Assembly: GCA_977020255.1 (NCBI GenBank)
Contig: CDROCS010002105.1
Location: 434,001-498,000 of the forward strand
DNA length: 64,000 bases
Source of the DNA: Obrimoposthia wandeli
Lineage: Eukaryota
Direction: 5' to 3'
Shown piece after piece: positions 37,991 through 48,490 of the stretch; the stretch's first letter is position 1; the number at the start of each line of letters is the position of its first letter. The translations under genes and the position numbers were made by a program. The notes beneath the pieces are model-generated. The model saw only the letters and a list, made by a program, of their open reading frames with translations. It was not told the DNA's origin and searched no databases.

Positions 37991-38403
37991 CTAATTTAGC
38001 AAGATAGCTAGCAAGCTTTTGTCCAGCAACGTGTCAGTGTGATCTCGACTGATAGCTGATCTCAGCCAACTGAGATCTTCGCTGGCTTGACTTTGATAAG
38101 CCTCTTTACTTAAGTTGTAAGTAAAGAGGGAGGGGAAATGTAAGCTCTACACTTCTAGTATCAAAAATTAAAAATTCCGCATTTCTCCGTCCAGTTTTTC
38201 GCAAAATTAATGATAATTAACACTCCATCCACTTTTTCAATAATAATCAATATTTTCAAGTGATTGTTTTAAAAGAATTTACTTAATCTTGAATTGTCCA
38301 AATAGCCATTTAGACGTCTTTCCGCGCTTCCAATCACTTTTCCGCTCTTTTGCCTTCCTAGCCATTTACATAACTTTACGAATGCAAAGAATGTAAATTA
38401 AAT

Positions 38404-38422
38404 GCAAATGCTAACGATTATC
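38404..38422 (+). promoter_or_regulatory. Fur box
   Basis: gcaaatgctaacgattatc matches 14/19 of GATAATGATAATCATTATC, upstream of a TonB receptor. Confidence 0.7.
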
Positions 38423-38565
38423 ACTTATATTCCATCCCGAATTTAGCAGCGGTCGCCGGTTACGGCAGCAATGGGTCATTCATTTAGTTTCTCAATAAAT
38501 ATAACGAACTTACGTTCACTAAGAGAAATTGAATACCTCATTGAAATATTTGGAGATAACGGAAT

Positions 38566-40665
38566 ATGTTTTTTAAAAGTCACCTGACTTTATTAATTGG
38601 TGCAATTTTAGCTGCGCCAGTTGTTCAAGCACAAAATGAAGTTCAAAACACAGCCTCAGAAACAGATGAACACATGATTGTTACTGGCCGAGATTATGGC
38701 TTTAAAGTTGATACCAACTCGACAGCCATGCGAGTAGAAGCAACGCAACTAGAAACGCCGGGGCAAGTTACTGTTATCGATGAGCAGCTTATCGATGAAC
38801 AACGTGCAAGCACATTAGGTGACGTACTGAAGAATGATTCCAGTATTTCAGCTGGTGGTGTAAGCCGAAACCGCGAGAGCTTCTCGTTACGTGGTTTCTC
38901 TCTAGACAGTGGCAGCGGCTTCTTACGAGATGGTAAGCAGCATTGGTCTCATTACCGCCAGCCAATTGAATTATTAGAACGTGTTGAAGTATTAAAAGGC
39001 CCAGCTGGTTTGCTTTACGGTAAATCTGCACCTGGCGGCCTTGTGAACATGGTGTCTAAAAAGCCCACGTATGAAACACAAGTACACGTAAGCCAAGATA
39101 TTGGTTCAAATAATGAATCTCGCACTATTGCGGATGTGAGTGGTTCATTAAACGATGCACAAACGTTACGTGCACGTGCCATTGTTTCTAAGCAAAGTTA
39201 CGACTCATGGCGTTCATACAGCGATGGCAGTACGCCTTCGACTGAACGTTTTGTTGGTGGTCTATTTGTTGATTACGATGTAAACGATAATGTGACTGTG
39301 TCTTTCCATTACGACAAAACGAATGACAACGGCAGTGTTGATTCTGGTGCTTACATTGTTGATGGTAAGCCTGTACTTGGCCGTGATTTCATTTGGGATG
39401 CACAATGGTCAAACATTGAAAACGACGTACAAAACGTTGGCTTCGATGTGGCTGCAACACTATCAAGCGTGTGGAGCATTAAAGGTGGTTACAACCATCA
39501 AGACTTCGAACGTCGTGATACCGAAAGCTTCTCTAAGCCTGATACATATAACTCGGCAACGGGTACTTACGAGTACCGAGGTTACGATCGTTGGGATAAT
39601 TGGCAGTTTGATACCGCTTATGTCGATTTAGTCGGTGAATTTGATGCATTAGGTGTTAGCCACCAAATGTTGGTTGGTGCAAACTGGCTAGGCTATTACT
39701 ACTCGACACAAAGTCAATCTATTAAAGGTCAAACAGCGACAGTAGGGCAGCCACTAGAGAAGCCGTCTGGTCTTGATTACCGCAACGGTACCAAAGGTGA
39801 CGCGACCGAACGTGATTCATACGGTATTTACGTACAAGATATGATCACGTTCAACGACCAATGGCAAGTACTTGCTGGTTTACGTTTCGATCGTGAAGAA
39901 AATGATACAGACACGTACAACAACATCTTACCTAAAGCCGGTGTGATTTATCACCCAGCCTCGAACGGTTCGATTTACGTTACGTACTCTGAAAGCTTTG
40001 AGCCAAAAGATCCAATTGATAACGACCAAGATATTAATAACGGTAAAGCGTTAGACCCTGTTAAAGGCCGTTTATACGAGTTAGGTTCTAAGTGGGAATT
40101 AATGGACAACCAGCTGTTCGTATCGGGCGCTGTGTTTGAAATTACCCAAGAAAATAAAGTGATTTCTCAAGATATTAATGGGAACCCTGATTTTGAATCT
40201 GAAACAACACAGGCAGGTAAACAAGTTCACCGTGGTGCTGAATTAAGCACAATGGGTTATGTGACAGAAGCCTTCTCGTTAAGCGGTTCGATGACTTACC
40301 TAGACGCTGAAATTCAAGACGAATTTGATGCTTCTATCGATGGAAACCGTCCTGCTGATGTACCTGAGTTCTCTGCTAACGTGTGGACACGTTACTCGTT
40401 TGAAAATAACACAGACGTGAACTTAGGTGCTATCTATGTAGGTGAGCGCTTCGGTGATGAGAAGAACACATACAAAAAAGATGCTTACACACGTTTTGAT
40501 GCGGGTGTTGCACATACCGTTAAGTATGATGAAAATCTGGATATTATTGCTCGATTCAATGTTGAAAATATCTTCGACAAAGAATACCTAGCGGGTGGCA
40601 GTCAAACAAAGACAGTGCTTGGCGAAGGTCGTAACTACATGGCAACGCTTCAGTTCCGTTACTAG
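38566..40665 (+). CDS. peuA: TonB-dependent siderophore receptor, PeuA-like
   Basis: TonB-box region EHMIVTG, plug ERVEVLKGPAGLLYG, C-terminal QFRY; precedes the TonB2 operon as in Vibrio. Confidence 0.8.
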   Translation: MFFKSHLTLLIGAILAAPVVQAQNEVQNTASETDEHMIVTGRDYGFKVDTNSTAMRVEATQLETPGQVTVIDEQLIDEQRASTLGDVLKNDSSISAGGVSRNRESFSLRGFSLDSGSGFLRDGKQHWSHYRQPIELLERVEVLKGPAGLLYGKSAPGGLVNMVSKKPTYETQVHVSQDIGSNNESRTIADVSGSLNDAQTLRARAIVSKQSYDSWRSYSDGSTPSTERFVGGLFVDYDVNDNVTVSFHYDKTNDNGSVDSGAYIVDGKPVLGRDFIWDAQWSNIENDVQNVGFDVAATLSSVWSIKGGYNHQDFERRDTESFSKPDTYNSATGTYEYRGYDRWDNWQFDTAYVDLVGEFDALGVSHQMLVGANWLGYYYSTQSQSIKGQTATVGQPLEKPSGLDYRNGTKGDATERDSYGIYVQDMITFNDQWQVLAGLRFDREENDTDTYNNILPKAGVIYHPASNGSIYVTYSESFEPKDPIDNDQDINNGKALDPVKGRLYELGSKWELMDNQLFVSGAVFEITQENKVISQDINGNPDFESETTQAGKQVHRGAELSTMGYVTEAFSLSGSMTYLDAEIQDEFDASIDGNRPADVPEFSANVWTRYSFENNTDVNLGAIYVGERFGDEKNTYKKDAYTRFDAGVAHTVKYDENLDIIARFNVENIFDKEYLAGGSQTKTVLGEGRNYMATLQFRY

Positions 40666-40676
40666 TTAAATGACAT

Positions 40677-40706
40677 AAGGGGAAAGTTAACGCTTTCCCC
40701 TTTTTC
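40677..40706 (+). terminator. Intrinsic terminator after the receptor
   Basis: aaggggaaag-ttaacg-ctttcccctt followed by T-rich tract. Confidence 0.8.
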
Positions 40707-40812
40707 TATTTCTTTATTTTTTACACTCACTCTATTTAGAGTGCTTTTTTCTTTTTATTACTTAGCTTTTTACTACTTACTTTTACTCTTTATACAATTA
40801 TTGATGAACGCT

Positions 40813-41595
40813 ATGAACATAATGAAACCTACATTGGCATTATTAGCACTCAGCATTACAGCGGGTGTTCATGCCAATAGCCTTGATACCGCTCGTGCAA
40901 CTGAAAGCAAAACGAACTTAACCTCTTCTTATAGTCAGCAAAAAGTCGATCGCAGTGCTGAAGCTGCACTCACGATGAAAGCTGAAATAGAGCAGTTACA
41001 GGAAGAAGTCAAAAACTTGGCTGTTTATCGTGATCATTTAGCGCGTTTAGTCGATAACCAGAACCAAGAAACGGCAAGCTTAAATCAGCAAATTCACGGT
41101 ATAAAAGAAACACGTCAAGGTGTTGTACCGCTGATGTATAACATGATCGAAGGGTTAAAGACGATTGTTGCCCAAGATAAACCCATTAAACACCAGCAAC
41201 GTCTAGCACGTATCGCCAAGTTAGAATTGATGATGGGTAAAGCTGATATTAGCGATGCTGAAAAATACCGCCGTATCTTAGAAGCGTATCAAATCGAGAT
41301 GGATTACGGCACTAAGTTAGGTGTGTATCAAGGTCAAATTGCTTTGTCGGATCAGCAAAACATTGAAGCTGATTTACTTCACCTTGGTCGAATTTCATTG
41401 GTTGCACGTAGCCTTGATGGAACGCGTTATTGGGCATGGAATGAACAGCAACGCCAGTGGCAGGGGTTAAGTCATAGCGAATCTTCTTCAATAGATAAAG
41501 CCTTTGCCATTGCAAGTAAACAAACAGCACCAAGCCTTATTACTTTACCTGTTTCTGTAAAGCTTGCCGCATCAACTAACGAAGAGAGTAAGTAA
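40813..41595 (+). CDS. DUF3450-family TonB2 accessory protein (TtpB)
   Basis: Signal peptide, coiled coil, EKYRRILEAYQIEMDYG, L.LGRISL; start uncertain. Confidence 0.85.
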   Translation: MNIMKPTLALLALSITAGVHANSLDTARATESKTNLTSSYSQQKVDRSAEAALTMKAEIEQLQEEVKNLAVYRDHLARLVDNQNQETASLNQQIHGIKETRQGVVPLMYNMIEGLKTIVAQDKPIKHQQRLARIAKLELMMGKADISDAEKYRRILEAYQIEMDYGTKLGVYQGQIALSDQQNIEADLLHLGRISLVARSLDGTRYWAWNEQQRQWQGLSHSESSSIDKAFAIASKQTAPSLITLPVSVKLAASTNEESK

Positions 41596-41597
41596 CA

Positions 41598-42932
41598 ATG
41601 AATATGAAAACGTTAGTTGCCGCATTATGTTTATTCAGCTTGCCTTTTACAGCATCTGCTACCTCGACATTGGTCGATAAAACGCAGGAAGCCCAACGTA
41701 TTCAAGGTGCGCATAATGTGCAACGTGAATCGGGTTTTAAGCAAACAGAACACTCTATTCGCGCCCAGCGTGATGCGTTGTTCAAACAGCGCGTGCAACT
41801 GCAAACTGAAACCGACCAACTAAGCCAAACATTCAGTAAGAATGAAAATAACCTAGCGACGCTAGAAGAACAATTACGTTTAGAAACGGGCAGTTTAGGC
41901 GAGTTGTTTGGTGTTGTTAGACAAGCCGCTAAAGATTTAAATCAAGAGCTTGAGACATCGGTAACCATGGTGGATCGTGCGAAATATGCCCCGGTTGTTG
42001 ACCAAATCGTCGATGCTAAAGCACTGCCATCGATGGTTCAGCTTAACGGTTTATGGTTAGGCATGGTTGAACAAATTGAGGCAAGCGCACAGTTGGCATC
42101 CGTTTCTGTACCTTTCATTAATGCTGATGGCCATCAAGCGGATATAAATGCCTATCGTTTAGGCAGCATGGGTCTAATTGGTGAGCAAGGGTATTTAGCA
42201 TGGAACGGTGATCGCATTGTCGCTAAGCCGTATTTGAAACAGCCTGCAAATGGTCCGGTTTTATCGGGTTTAGCATCAATGTCGCAAGTAGGCATTATGT
42301 CTGTAGTGGTCGACCCTTCACGTGGCGTGATGCTTGAACAGTTAGCGAATGCGCCAGAATTGAAAGATCGCCTAGAGCACGGTGGGGTTGTGGGTAAAGT
42401 GATTTTAGGGCTATTAGCGATTGGTGCCATTATCACTTTATTCCGCGGGTCGAAACTATTAATTGTTCGTCAGAAAATAAAAGCACAGTTAAAAAGGCCC
42501 AATGAACCGGGTAATAACCCGTTAGGGCGTGTGTTGCAAGTGTATACAAAAGAGCAAGCACGCAGTGTCGAAGCCTTAGAATTACGCCTTCTTGAAGTGA
42601 TTGTAGACGAACAACAAGAGCTAGAAAAAGGATTGTCGATGCTAAAACTATTGGCAGCATTAGCGCCAATGTTAGGCTTGTTGGGTACAGTTACCGGCAT
42701 GATTGAAACATTCCAAGTAATTACCCAGTTTGGTAATGGTGATCCGAAAGTAATGGCGGGCGGTATTTCGACGGCACTGGTTACAACGGTACTGGGTCTT
42801 ATCTCTGCTATGCCACTGCTACTTGCACACAATATTTTGAGTACTCAGGCTGATGCTGTACGTAATATTCTTGAAAAGCAGGGTATTAGTTTAGTTGCAG
42901 AGCAAGCTGAAAAAGTAGGAAGCGCAGCGTAA
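41598..42932 (+). CDS. ttpC: TtpC (long MotA/TolQ/ExbB-family protein)
   Basis: GSLGELFGVVRQ, APMLGLLGTVTGMI.TF, GGISTALVTT. Confidence 0.88.
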   Translation: MNMKTLVAALCLFSLPFTASATSTLVDKTQEAQRIQGAHNVQRESGFKQTEHSIRAQRDALFKQRVQLQTETDQLSQTFSKNENNLATLEEQLRLETGSLGELFGVVRQAAKDLNQELETSVTMVDRAKYAPVVDQIVDAKALPSMVQLNGLWLGMVEQIEASAQLASVSVPFINADGHQADINAYRLGSMGLIGEQGYLAWNGDRIVAKPYLKQPANGPVLSGLASMSQVGIMSVVVDPSRGVMLEQLANAPELKDRLEHGGVVGKVILGLLAIGAIITLFRGSKLLIVRQKIKAQLKRPNEPGNNPLGRVLQVYTKEQARSVEALELRLLEVIVDEQQELEKGLSMLKLLAALAPMLGLLGTVTGMIETFQVITQFGNGDPKVMAGGISTALVTTVLGLISAMPLLLAHNILSTQADAVRNILEKQGISLVAEQAEKVGSAA

Positions 42933-43465
42933 TGGAATCAAGTCTTTTTGAAGCGTGGTGGTTTTCGCTATCACACTTCATGGATCAAGGTGGCCCTATT
43001 TTATTGTGGCTAGCTGCCGTGGTTGTATTGTGTTGGCTGTTAGTCGTCGAGCGAATCATATTTCTATATTGCTATTATCCGAAGCAGAAAAAAATCTGGC
43101 TAGAAAAATGGCAGCAACGTGACGATCAAACATCTTGGTATGCTCACGCCATTCGTAGCGGGTGGTTGAATGAAGCCCATACTGCGCTTAATCAGAACTT
43201 GAACTTGATTAAGGTGCTGGTGGCGATTTGCCCAATGCTGGGTTTGCTAGGCACGGTAACAGGTATGATTTCAGTCTTTGATGTAATGGCCACACAGGGC
43301 AGCAGCCAACCACGTTTAATGGCATCGGGTATTTCATTAGCGACCTTGCCAACAATGGCAGGTATGGTCGCTGCGTTAGCGGGAATGTTTGTTCATGCAC
43401 GTTTGGCAAAAGCCTGTTATTGGCGTGAATTGAAGTTAGAAAAATTATTAAGGAGTCAGCAATGA
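42932..43465 (+). CDS. exbB: ExbB (TonB2 system)
   Basis: CPMLGLLGTVTGMI, ASGISLATLPTMAG. Confidence 0.88.
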   Translation: MESSLFEAWWFSLSHFMDQGGPILLWLAAVVVLCWLLVVERIIFLYCYYPKQKKIWLEKWQQRDDQTSWYAHAIRSGWLNEAHTALNQNLNLIKVLVAICPMLGLLGTVTGMISVFDVMATQGSSQPRLMASGISLATLPTMAGMVAALAGMFVHARLAKACYWRELKLEKLLRSQQ

Positions 43466-43866
43466 GACTAAGCCGTCCATCTTCAGCCCGTGAAGAAGCA
43501 CAAATTGATATGACTTCAATGCTCGATATTGTTTTCATCATGCTTATATTCTTTATTGTCACGAGTTCATTTGTGCGTGAATCTGGCGTTGAAGTGAACC
43601 GTCCGCAAGCCAGTAATGTGGTAAGCCAGAAAGATGCGGGTATTTTTGTTGCGGTTACATCAGCGAATGACATTTTTATTGATAAGCGTGTCGTTGATGC
43701 CGAACGGGTACAAGCGGTATTAGAGCATTTGTTACTTGAACAGCCAGACGCTTCATTAGTGATTCAAGCTGATGAACATGCGTATAACGGTACAGTGGTT
43801 AAAGTGATGGATGCGGCAAAAGGGGCGGGTGTGGAAAATATCGCACTGGCTGCGGAGAAGCGTTAA
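43462..43866 (+). CDS. exbD: ExbD (TonB2 system)
   Basis: IDMTSMLDIVFIMLIFFIVT, IQADE. Confidence 0.92.
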   Translation: MRLSRPSSAREEAQIDMTSMLDIVFIMLIFFIVTSSFVRESGVEVNRPQASNVVSQKDAGIFVAVTSANDIFIDKRVVDAERVQAVLEHLLLEQPDASLVIQADEHAYNGTVVKVMDAAKGAGVENIALAAEKR

Positions 43867-44519
43867 TGGCTTCGGTATCTCAAACTGCGATATTTCAAAC
43901 ATCGTTATTTCGCTTAGTGTTAGCGTTGCCTATTTCGATGTTTGTCGCTTTAGGTTTGTTTACGTTTATGGCGTGGATGGTCGATAACGGCCATCAACGT
44001 TCACCAGAACAAAGCCAAAGCCTCGCGTTTGATCTGGTGATGGTTGAACAAGAACAAGAGGCACAGCGCCGTCAGCGAACAGTGCCAGAAAAGCCTGAAA
44101 CACCAGAGCCTCCACCTGAAGCGGTGCCTAAAAGTGCGCAATCAGCGACAGCCACGCCCGCACCTTCAATGCCTAATTTAGGGTTAGATACCGCGGTTAC
44201 GGGGTTATCCATTAATTTGCCAACCTTTTCTGATTTTGGTGCTAATCAACAAGCGATGCCTTTATACCGTGTTGAACCGCGTTATCCTGCACGGGCCATG
44301 AAGCAGAAAGCAGAAGGCTATGTCGTTTTGTCGTTTACGATTGATCCGCAGGGGCGTCCTACAGCGATTGATATCATCGACGCTAAGCCGCGAAGATTGT
44401 TTGAAAAAGAAGCGGTTCGAGCTCTGCGTAAATGGAAATATCAGCCAAAAGTCGTTGATGGTAAATCAATCGCACAAGTCGGACAGACGGTTAGATTGGA
44501 GTTTAAGATAAGCCAATGA
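43866..44519 (+). CDS. tonB: TonB2 energy transducer
   Basis: TM anchor, Pro-rich linker, PRYPARA...GYVVLSFTID...WKYQP. Confidence 0.92.
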   Translation: MASVSQTAIFQTSLFRLVLALPISMFVALGLFTFMAWMVDNGHQRSPEQSQSLAFDLVMVEQEQEAQRRQRTVPEKPETPEPPPEAVPKSAQSATATPAPSMPNLGLDTAVTGLSINLPTFSDFGANQQAMPLYRVEPRYPARAMKQKAEGYVVLSFTIDPQGRPTAIDIIDAKPRRLFEKEAVRALRKWKYQPKVVDGKSIAQVGQTVRLEFKISQ

Positions 44520-45691
44520 TCAAGATGAACAAAGTCGTTATTGCTCTCACCTTCATGCTGTGCATGCCGGTTAATGCCAGTGCTGAAGAGCTGTCTCAAT
44601 TTACAGCTGGCAAGGTACAGCGTGCTCATAATTTACAGCAAGAAGAAAAACTGAATGAAGCCATCGCTATATTGGCTGATTTAAACCCAAGCCGAGCTTA
44701 TGACAAAGCGTTTGTTAATCGCATGCTGGGTATTTTCTATTGGCAGAAAGGTAATACAAACAAAGCCATTTCGAACCTTACACTGGCAGTAAACAGTCAC
44801 CTATTAGCCGATGAGCAAGCATGGGTTACTCAACGGATGCTTGCCGATATTTTGTTATCTGAAGAACAGTTTAAAACCGCGTTACCGCACTATTACGCGC
44901 TCACTCATGCGATACCTGAATCGCAAAAACCGGGTGAGCTGTGGCTACGTATTGCACAAACACATTATCAAATTGAACAATGGCCCAAAGTACTAACTGC
45001 ACTGCAACGCTATGACGCATTCAGTAACAAAGCAGAAATACAGCCATTGACCATTAAGCTCGGGGCTCAGTTACAGCTCAAAAAGTGGAAAGCGTCGATT
45101 CCTTCCCTGAATGCTTTGATTTTACTTGAGCCAAATAAAACCGTTTGGTGGCAGCAGTTAGCGGGAATTCAACTGCGTATTGGGCGTGCTAACGATGCAT
45201 TAGATACATTGGCATTAGCGAAACATCAAGGTGTCGCGTTACGTCAGCAAGATTTGAAAACATTGGCTCAGCTTTATGCCCAACGAGGTATTCCAGAACG
45301 TGCCGCGTTGATCATCAATGAATTAGATAATGCACACAGTGATGCGAAATTACTGTCTGATCAAGCGATGTATTGGCAGGTAGCAAAAGAGTGGGATAAG
45401 GCGATAGCCGTGTGGTCGAAAGCAGCGCAGCTAAACGCTAAATACCGCTGGGAACTCGCGCAGTTGTTATTGCAAGAAGGGCATTATCATAAAGCCTTGA
45501 TTGAATTAGAGCGGGTAACACGAAAAGATAAACAAGCAGATGTTGAGTTGGCAAAAGTACGGGCTTATTACAAATTAGAGAACTTTGATAAGGCGATTAT
45601 TCATGCTAAACAAGCAAACAATATTGCCCCGTCTTCAGCGTCGAAAAGTTGGGTTAAGTACCTAAGCCAGATCCGTAAAATGAAAACCTGA
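44516..45691 (+). CDS. TPR protein of the TonB2 operon (TtpD-like)
   Basis: Signal peptide, repeated helical TPR pattern, operon position. Confidence 0.8.
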   Translation: MIKMNKVVIALTFMLCMPVNASAEELSQFTAGKVQRAHNLQQEEKLNEAIAILADLNPSRAYDKAFVNRMLGIFYWQKGNTNKAISNLTLAVNSHLLADEQAWVTQRMLADILLSEEQFKTALPHYYALTHAIPESQKPGELWLRIAQTHYQIEQWPKVLTALQRYDAFSNKAEIQPLTIKLGAQLQLKKWKASIPSLNALILLEPNKTVWWQQLAGIQLRIGRANDALDTLALAKHQGVALRQQDLKTLAQLYAQRGIPERAALIINELDNAHSDAKLLSDQAMYWQVAKEWDKAIAVWSKAAQLNAKYRWELAQLLLQEGHYHKALIELERVTRKDKQADVELAKVRAYYKLENFDKAIIHAKQANNIAPSSASKSWVKYLSQIRKMKT

Positions 45692-45742
45692 AGCCTCGAT
45701 CAAATAGTATCAATGGGTTATTTGAGTTTCTTTTAGCCAAAT

Positions 45743-45870
45743 TTGCAGCATATGGATTATGCGTTGTTAGTCAATTGGATACCAACGGAAGAGTTCAGTT
45801 ATCTCTGGGATGGGCCAGCATACGAGTACCCATTAACTGAGCAGAAAATTATAACGCATATGAGCTTTCT
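45743..45870 (+). pseudogene. GNAT acetyltransferase 5' remnant
   Basis: DYALLVNWIP.EEF.YLW.GPAY.YPLT resembles the N-terminus of a Vibrio GNAT family; similarity stops after ~40 aa. Confidence 0.5.
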
Positions 45871-45953
45871 CCGTATTTTGGGTTTATTCGCCTTCCAACA
45901 TACTCCAGTGGGGTATGTTGTCGGAGAAGGCTCAAGTAAAACGGATCAAACTA

Positions 45954-46640
45954 TTATCGGAAAAATAATTGGCTAAATGGATTCAGCAACGTCGCGAACC
46001 CTGATGTAAAGTGCAATGGCGCATCAAGCAGGGTTAAGCAGAGGCAATCTTGTCCTGCTTGGGTTCTTGGCGAGTGTTGATGTTCAGCTGTTTGAACAAT
46101 AAAGTCGCCGGGTTCGTAGCTGGCATTCTCATCGACAAATTTACCTGATAAAACCAAGGTAATTTCCTGCCCCTGATGGGTATGCTCTGGCAAGGCGCTG
46201 TCGGGCTCCATATAAATGAAGTTCATCTTACTCTTACCGCCTGTTGAAACAGGGGCTCGCTGTATTTTACCTGGCAGACGGCTCCATGGTCCGATTTCAT
46301 CTTTGTGTCGCTGTAAAACCCTCGGCAAGTTGAACTCTTTGTTATCCAACGTGAGTACTTCGTTACTCAGAACGATCTCTAACTCAGGCTCTAATTCAAG
46401 AGACACGGCTGGCTGGCTAAGAATTTGGCTTAACATACCTGTTAGCTCACTGGTTAAAGGCTCTGCTGGTATTGATTCCAGTACCTGTGCATAGCTGGTT
46501 TCAAGTTCATCGATACGCTGACGGCAGCCGCTGCAATATTCCAGATGAGCACTCATCATAATGCTGCAAGCAGGATCGAGATCGCCATCGGCATAGCGTG
46601 CCAGAGTATCATCGCTAGGATGAAAGCGAATATTAGTCAT
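45954..46640 (-). CDS. chrR: Anti-sigma factor ChrR
   Basis: FHPSDD.L..YA.G, HLEYCSGC (ZAS HxxxCxxC), cupin PEHTHQGQE.TLVL.G. Confidence 0.93.
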   Translation of the reverse strand: MTNIRFHPSDDTLARYADGDLDPACSIMMSAHLEYCSGCRQRIDELETSYAQVLESIPAEPLTSELTGMLSQILSQPAVSLELEPELEIVLSNEVLTLDNKEFNLPRVLQRHKDEIGPWSRLPGKIQRAPVSTGGKSKMNFIYMEPDSALPEHTHQGQEITLVLSGKFVDENASYEPGDFIVQTAEHQHSPRTQAGQDCLCLTLLDAPLHFTSGFATLLNPFSQLFFR

Positions 46641-47250
46641 CCAATGCCTCCTTCAATTTTTGTAATGCTAATCGTAAACGGCTTTTTACTGTTCCTAATG
46701 GTACCCCCAATGCTTCTGAAGCTTCTTGGTGTGATACCCCTTGTAAACAAACCATCCTAACGACCTCAGCCTGCGCCGTAGGTAATTGGTTTATAAGCGT
46801 CTGTAATTCCTTTTTGACTATTAATTCAAACTCTTTTGGTATTCTGTCAGAATCCCGTTCTTCACTAAGTACAGGCCATAAATCATCACCTTGCACCCAG
46901 CTTTGTTGATGCTTCGTTCGTCTTAATAAATCGAATTTCACGTTACGCGCAACAGAGTAAATCCATGTTATTGCCGCACCTTTCGATGAATTATAGAGAT
47001 GCGCTTTTAACCATACTTTAAGCATGGTTTCCTGCACAACTTCTAAAGCCATTGATTCGTCCCTGAGTTGCTTTCGGGAAAAATTGAGTAGCCTTGGGGC
47101 AACATGTACAAATAGTTGCTCGTAACTTTTCTTGCAGCGTGAGTCAGCAATATTAAACAGCAAGTCTGCAATATCACTAGCTGCTAAAACGTCCTTAGTC
47201 ATAAGCTCCTTAGTGTTGCTGTATTGAGTAAGTTGAATTGAGTTTTTCAC
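46633..47250 (-). CDS. rpoE: ECF sigma factor RpoE of the ChrR-type pair
   Basis: VVQETMLKVW.KA.LY...G...TW.Y..ARN, PLGTVKSRLRLA; overlaps chrR; start may be 47202. Confidence 0.92.
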   Translation of the reverse strand: MKNSIQLTQYSNTKELMTKDVLAASDIADLLFNIADSRCKKSYEQLFVHVAPRLLNFSRKQLRDESMALEVVQETMLKVWLKAHLYNSSKGAAITWIYSVARNVKFDLLRRTKHQQSWVQGDDLWPVLSEERDSDRIPKEFELIVKKELQTLINQLPTAQAEVVRMVCLQGVSHQEASEALGVPLGTVKSRLRLALQKLKEALDD

Positions 47251-47283
47251 CGTTACCCTAGAAGCATGGATTTAATATCTATC

Positions 47284-47310
47284 TAACGCAACTTCTCAGT
47301 ATAAAGATCA
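47284..47310 (-). promoter_or_regulatory. Putative RpoE(ChrR)-dependent promoter of rpoE-chrR
   Basis: TGATC-N17-CGTTA on the minus strand, upstream of rpoE. Confidence 0.6.
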
Positions 47311-47444
47311 CTGTTACGCATACTTTTAAACAGATAACGGCTGAAAAATATCTTTAAATATTGATAAGCATCCACTTTTTTATATTAATTACATATATTT
47401 ACTGTGGCACCGATTAAGCCAAAGGTCTATAAATGAAGTTAGAG

Positions 47445-47473
47445 TGATCGTTTATCTGCTTAGTTAAGTATAT
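47445..47473 (+). promoter_or_regulatory. Putative RpoE(ChrR)-dependent promoter of the photolyase-cfa operon
   Basis: TGATC-N17-AGTAT, about 35 bp upstream of 47508. Confidence 0.45.
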
Positions 47474-47507
47474 AAATTTAGGTTGTATTTTATGTAAGGA
47501 AAAGACA

Positions 47508-48455
47508 ATGCTTATTCCTATCGGTATCAGTGCATGTGTAATTGGAGAAAAGGTACGCTTTGATGGCGGACATAAAAAAAATCGTTTTGTTACTGAGGAG
47601 CTTTCTGAATATTTTAAGTTTAAGCCAATTTGTCCTGAAGTAGGTATTGGCTTGCCGTCGCCTCGTCCCGCTATTCGTTTATTAGAAACAAATGGGGAAC
47701 AACGTTTGGTTGGCAGTCAGGATTCGGGTCAGGATCATACTGACAAAATGGTGATATTTACCGATAAACAAATCCCGCAATTGCAGGAAATGTGTGGTTA
47801 CATCGTATGTGCTAAATCACCGACCTGTGGTATGGAACGAGTAAAGTTATACATTGAAAATGGTAATACTGTTGCGGGTGGCACTACAGGCATATTCACG
47901 CGTAAGTTGATGGAGCAAATGCCTTGGTTACCAGTTGAAGAAGATGGTCGTCTGCAAGATCCGGTATTAAGAGAAAATTTCGTATTCCGCGTTTTCGCCC
48001 TCAATGACCTATACCAGTCAGTCAATGGTAACCTAACGCGGGATGCGATTGTCAAATTTCACTCACGTTATAAGCTGGTATTGATGGCACACAACCCGTC
48101 TCTATATCAAACGCTGGGGAGTTAGTCGACAATAATAAATTATAGGTGGGATCTCGACAGGTTTTTCGTTTCCTACACTTAAGTTTACTTTATTGCAAAT
48201 TAGTACAGAGCAAATATTCGGACTAATACGAATGTGTTAATGCACATGCAGGGCTATTTTAAGCAGTTACTTGATAAAAAACAAAAAGCTGAATTAGCCG
48301 ACTTAATTATGAATTACCGTAAAGGGCACCTCCCATTACTGGCTCCGTTGACTTTGTTTGAACATTATTTGCAGTTACACCCCAATACGTATTTGCAATC
48401 ACAGCGTTACTTGAACCCTTACCCGAAAGAGTTAAGGCTCCGTTTTTCATTGTAA
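47508..48455 (+). pseudogene. DUF523/DUF1722 (YbgA-like) protein, interrupted
   Basis: GISAC..GEKVRFDGGHK...KSPTCGMERV...NTNVLMHMQGYF; in-frame stops at 48123, 48180 and 48201; 5' and 3' parts share a frame. Confidence 0.85.
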
Positions 48456-48490
48456 ATGCAGTGAAAGTGGATTTTAACAAGGAGATAGTC

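Noticed and set aside
43209-43673. 154-aa antisense ORF, and the many other short ORFs nested in or antisense to long genes (e.g. 819-1055, 10650-11057, 60639-61121)
   Set aside because: They overlap well-supported genes and show no motifs; these are shadow ORFs.
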